From Hormiphora californensis (Eukaryota; Animalia; Ctenophora), in assembly GCA_020137815.1 (NCBI GenBank), contig CM035359.1:5704001-5768000 (forward strand): a stretch of 64,000 nucleotides of DNA, read 5' to 3'. The notes under the pieces are model-generated. The model saw nothing but the letters and a program-made list of their open reading frames with translations. It did not search any database and was not told the DNA's origin. The position numbers and the translations under genes were made by a program. This document shows, in pieces, positions 60,004 through 64,000 of the stretch. The number at the start of each line of letters is the position of its first letter. Positions within the stretch are counted from its first letter, which is position 1.

Positions 60004-63000
60004 ATGATGGGCCGAATGGAACATATAATTGCTATCTTGTTACTGCTCCTTTTCTCACCCACTATTGATGCTTTGTCCGCTGCTCATTTGCAGACACGTG
60101 CTCTTCAGAGAATCTTGAAGACGGAGGGATCCACAGTATCAATATTCCAACTCCAAGGTATTTCTTAGCTGTGTTTTCCGTTTAAATCTGACATCGTTTT
60201 CTCACAACTTGTTCAATATTGGCTGACCTAATAACCGTTTAACTCAGTTGTACTTGTACAGATCCATCACCGGGCTCTATGACGACTACGACGGAGCAAT
60301 TGGCCACTCTTTTCCACGCTCTAGCCCAGCCACAAATAAACTCGACTAGGATCATCCTCTCGCTGGCCCAAGTTTTCACAAACATAACTTCCTGTGATTT
60401 TCCTGTGTTAGATAACAACCATGGAACAGCTAATCAAGAGGAATTCAATCCACATGCTGTAATTGAGGCGTTTGATACCGATGGATTCTCATATTTTGAA
60501 ATCTTTTTGCTTAGTAAGGTATCTACAAGTAAATTATGCTTTCAAAAGTTAGTTAGTTAAGAATTACCTATTAGTTTCCAATCATTGCTTCTAACTTTCA
60601 GTTACTAGAAAGTTTGAAAATTGGTACAGATATTAACGATGTCTACATGGCAACTTTGGACTTCCTGGAAACAACACTTCTCATGGAATCTTAGCTGAAT
60701 TGGGCGATTGTTCGGGTGACTTCACCAAAGTTTACATCGCTAATTGTGAATTCATTGCAGCCCCTACCGAGCCGCCGACTACTGAACGTCAGACAACCTC
60801 GCACCAACCTACAATAACCGATCGGAATACCTCAGCTTCCCGTCCTCAAACAACAATAAACACTACTCAGCCCGTACACACACAAAGTCGTGCAACTACT
60901 AAACTACAAACTACTCAACCACCTCGTACAACAACTAAACTACAAACTACTCAACCACCTCGTGCAACTACTAAACTACAAACTACTCAACCACCTCGTG
61001 CAACTACTAAACTACAAACTACTCAACCACCTCGTGCAACTACTAAACTACAAACTACTCAACCACCTCGTGCAACTACTAAACTACAAACTAATCAACC
61101 ACCTCGTGCAACAACTAAACTACAGACTACTCAACCACCTCGTGCAACAACTAAACTACAGACTACTAAACCACCTCGTGCAACAACTAAACTACAGACT
61201 ACTAAACCACCTCGTGCAACTACTAAACTACAAACTACTAAACCACCTCGTGCAACTACTAAACTACAGACTACTCAACCACCTCGTGCAACTACTAAAC
61301 TACAATCTACTGAACCACCTCGTGCAACTACTCAACTACAAACTACTCAACCACCCCGTGCAACTACTAAACTACAAACTACTCAACCACCTCGTGCAAC
61401 TACTAAACTACAAACTACTCAACCACATCATGCAACTACTAAACTACAAACTACTCAACCACCTCGTGCAACTACTAAACTACAAACTACTCAACCACCC
61501 CGTGCAACTACTAAACTACAAACTACTCAACCACCCCGTGCAACTACTAAACTACAGACTACTCAACCACCTCGTGCAACTACTAAACTACAAACTACTC
61601 AACCACCTCGTGCAACTACTAAACTACAAACTACTCAACCACCTCGTGCAACTACTAAACTACAAACTACTCAACCACCTCGTGCCACTACTAAACTACA
61701 AACTACTCAACCATCTCGTGCAACTACTAAACTACAGACTACTCAACCACCCCGTGCAACTACTAAACTACAAACTACTCAACCACCTCGTGCAACTACT
61801 AAACTACAAACTACTCAACCACCTCGTGCAACAACTAAACTACAAACTACTCAACCACCCCGTGCAACTACTAAACTACAAACTACTAAACCACCTCGTG
61901 CAACTACTAAACTACAAACTACTCAACCACCCCGTGCAACTACTAAACTACAATCTACTGAACCACCCCGTGCAACTACTAAACTACAAACTACTCAACC
62001 ACCTCGTGCAACAACTAAACTACAATCTACTGAACCACCCCGTGCAACTACTAAACTACAAACTACTCAACCACCTCGTGCAACTACTAAACTACAAACT
62101 ACTCAACCACCTCGTGCAACAACTAAACTACAAACTACTCAACCACCTCGTGCAACAACTAAACTACAGACTACTAAACCACCTCGTGCAACAACTAAAC
62201 TACAGACTACTCAACCACCTCGTGCAACTACTAAACTACAATCTACTGAACCACCCCGTGCAACTACTAAACTACAAACTACTCAACCACCTCGTGCAAC
62301 TACTAAACTACAAACTACTCAACCACCTCGTGCAACTACTAAACTACAAACTACCCAACCACCCCGTGCAACTACTAAACTACAAACTACTCAACCACCT
62401 CGTGCAACTACTAAACTACAAACTACTCAACCACCCCGTGCAACTACTAAACTACAAACTACTCAACCACCCCGTGCAACAACTAAACTACAAACTACTC
62501 AACCACCCCGTGCAACAACTAAACTACAAACTACTCAACCATCTCGTGCAACTACTAAACTACAAACTACTCAACCACCTCGTGCAACTACTAAACTACA
62601 AACTACTCAACCACCTCGTGCAACTACTAAACTACAGACTACTAAACCACCTCGTGCAACTACTAAACTACAAACTACTCAACCACCTCGTGCAACTACT
62701 AAACTACAAACTACTCAACCACCTCGTGCAACTACTAAACTACAAACTACTCAACCACCTCGTGCAACAACTAAACTACAGACTACTAAACCACCTCGTG
62801 CAACTACTAAACTACAAACTACTAAACCACTCCGTGCAACAAATACTCGACAACAGACAAGCGAGCAATTGGTTACAAATCACCCTAACACTAAACCACT
62901 GACTGACGACCCAAACACTAAACCACTGACTGACGAGCAATTGGTTACAAATCATCCTAACACTAAACCGCTAACTGACGACCCAAACACTAAACCACTG

Positions 63001-63297
63001 ACTGACGAGCAACTGATTACAAATCATCCTTTGACACGAGGACAAGGTAACGGTATCCAAACAACTAACGAGCAACTGATCACAAAACATCCTTTTACAC
63101 GGGGAGAAGGTAACGATATCCAAACAACCTCCGGCATCCCATCAACATCCGAGAACAATATACCACGTTTACCACAAAACAATGGCTTTGGTTATGGTTA
63201 TGGTTATGGAAAGTACGGTGCATACTACTATCATCGTCGACACGGGTTAAGTGGCAGAGAAGGTCCCATGGGATATTTGGCAGGTCCCACGGGTTAA
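60004..63297 (+). CDS. Secreted mucin-like Thr/Pro-rich protein with Gly/Tyr-rich tail
   Basis: Exons 60004-60157 (signal peptide MEHIIAILLLLLFSPTIDA), 60262-60518 and 60602 onward (frameshift near 60660-60690 into the 60700 ORF); (RATTKLQTTQPP)n; then NNGFGYGYGYGKYGAYYYH. The 3' end is uncertain. Confidence 0.7.
60889..62832 (+). repeat. 36-bp coding tandem repeat, ~54 copies
   Basis: cgtgcaactactaaactacaaactactcaaccacct; frame preserved throughout, variants mostly synonymous or Q/K/E, P/S. Confidence 0.95.
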
Positions 63298-63836
63298 TTG
63301 GGAGAAGGTTCCATCTCCCTCTCAGGATGCAATCTGGTGAAAGATATGTTCCGGTTCATACCAGAAAATACAACCACCTACAACCGGGTCGTTACTATGG
63401 TGACATTTTGCTACTGCCTGTATATCCCAGTTGTTAACGAAGACAAATTAATTACAAACAATGTCCGTCAATCGAATGAGATCTTCAGTTATCCTACGTC
63501 CTCACCCGAAGCTGCAGATTGTGTGTGTCAGGTATTCGCTAGTATTTGTAAGGATGGGTTTAGATGGTACACGTACGACAGCGGGAAACAGTCATGCGCA
63601 AGTCGCTGTAAGATGATGGCATGGCGAGAAAAATGTCCGTTTAGCAGAGGCAAGGACAAGACGTTGAGCACTCTGAGGGGTTAGGTGTGTCTGTAAAATG
63701 ATTGTCAGTGTTTGTGATAAAGGATTGAGGAACTTACTCCTATTGGAGTAACGATGATGCGTGCCATACTCGCTGTCAGCTACTGAGTTGGCAAGACAGT
63801 TGTGTTTTCTAACTGTTGATAGTTGAGGAAGCATGG

Positions 63837-63923
63837 CCATGGTTTATGTTATCATGGTTTATGTTATCATGGTTGTTATCATGGTTGTTATCATGGTTGT
63901 TATCATGGTTGTTATCATGGTTG
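63837..63923. repeat. 12-bp tandem repeat CATGGTTGTTAT x~7
   Basis: Direct read. Confidence 0.9.
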
Positions 63924-64000
63924 TTTTTTATTTATTGTTCAATTTGGACTCTTTTCCTAACTAAAATGCAATTGAAATCTGCCTCAAATACCAATATTCC

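Noticed and set aside
60890-62902. 670-aa alternative-frame ORF (LLNYKLLNHLVQ)n as a dual-coding protein
   Set aside because: Shadow frame of a stop-free 36-bp repeat; GTG start, confined to the repeat, and variants favour synonymous changes in the Thr-rich frame.

Overview
Eukaryotic, intron-rich animal genomic DNA, most plausibly from a ctenophore (inferred from the GPCR type, nested intronic genes and (GA)n-rich introns; not proven). Genes reconstructed by hand from splice sites: (1) a 21-exon, ~1,890-aa RXFP/GRL101-type class A GPCR (3745-13427, +) whose ectodomain has an F5/8C/F-type-lectin domain, two kringles each embedded in a repeated Ig-like module, and degenerate LDLa repeats, but no LRRs; (2) a small secreted F-type-lectin-like gene; (3) a Six3/6-like homeobox gene (+) tail-to-tail with (4) a Bsx/Bsh homeobox gene (-); (5) the 3' part of an ATP7 Cu-transporting P1B-ATPase (-), whose introns host, on the opposite strand, (6) an intronless papain-family protease with a C-terminal ShKT-like domain and (7) a frameshifted orphan 7TM gene; (8) a secreted mucin-like protein with ~54 12-aa repeats and a Gly/Tyr-rich tail. 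Introns and intergenic DNA hold many non-autonomous DNA transposons (foldbacks with TTAA, TA, 8-bp and 9-bp TSDs, a Helitron, and a duplicated Helentron-like element). Several single-base indels in coding exons and two homopolymer-garbled blocks (~38.6-40.2 kb, ~56.75-57.72 kb) point to assembly errors.
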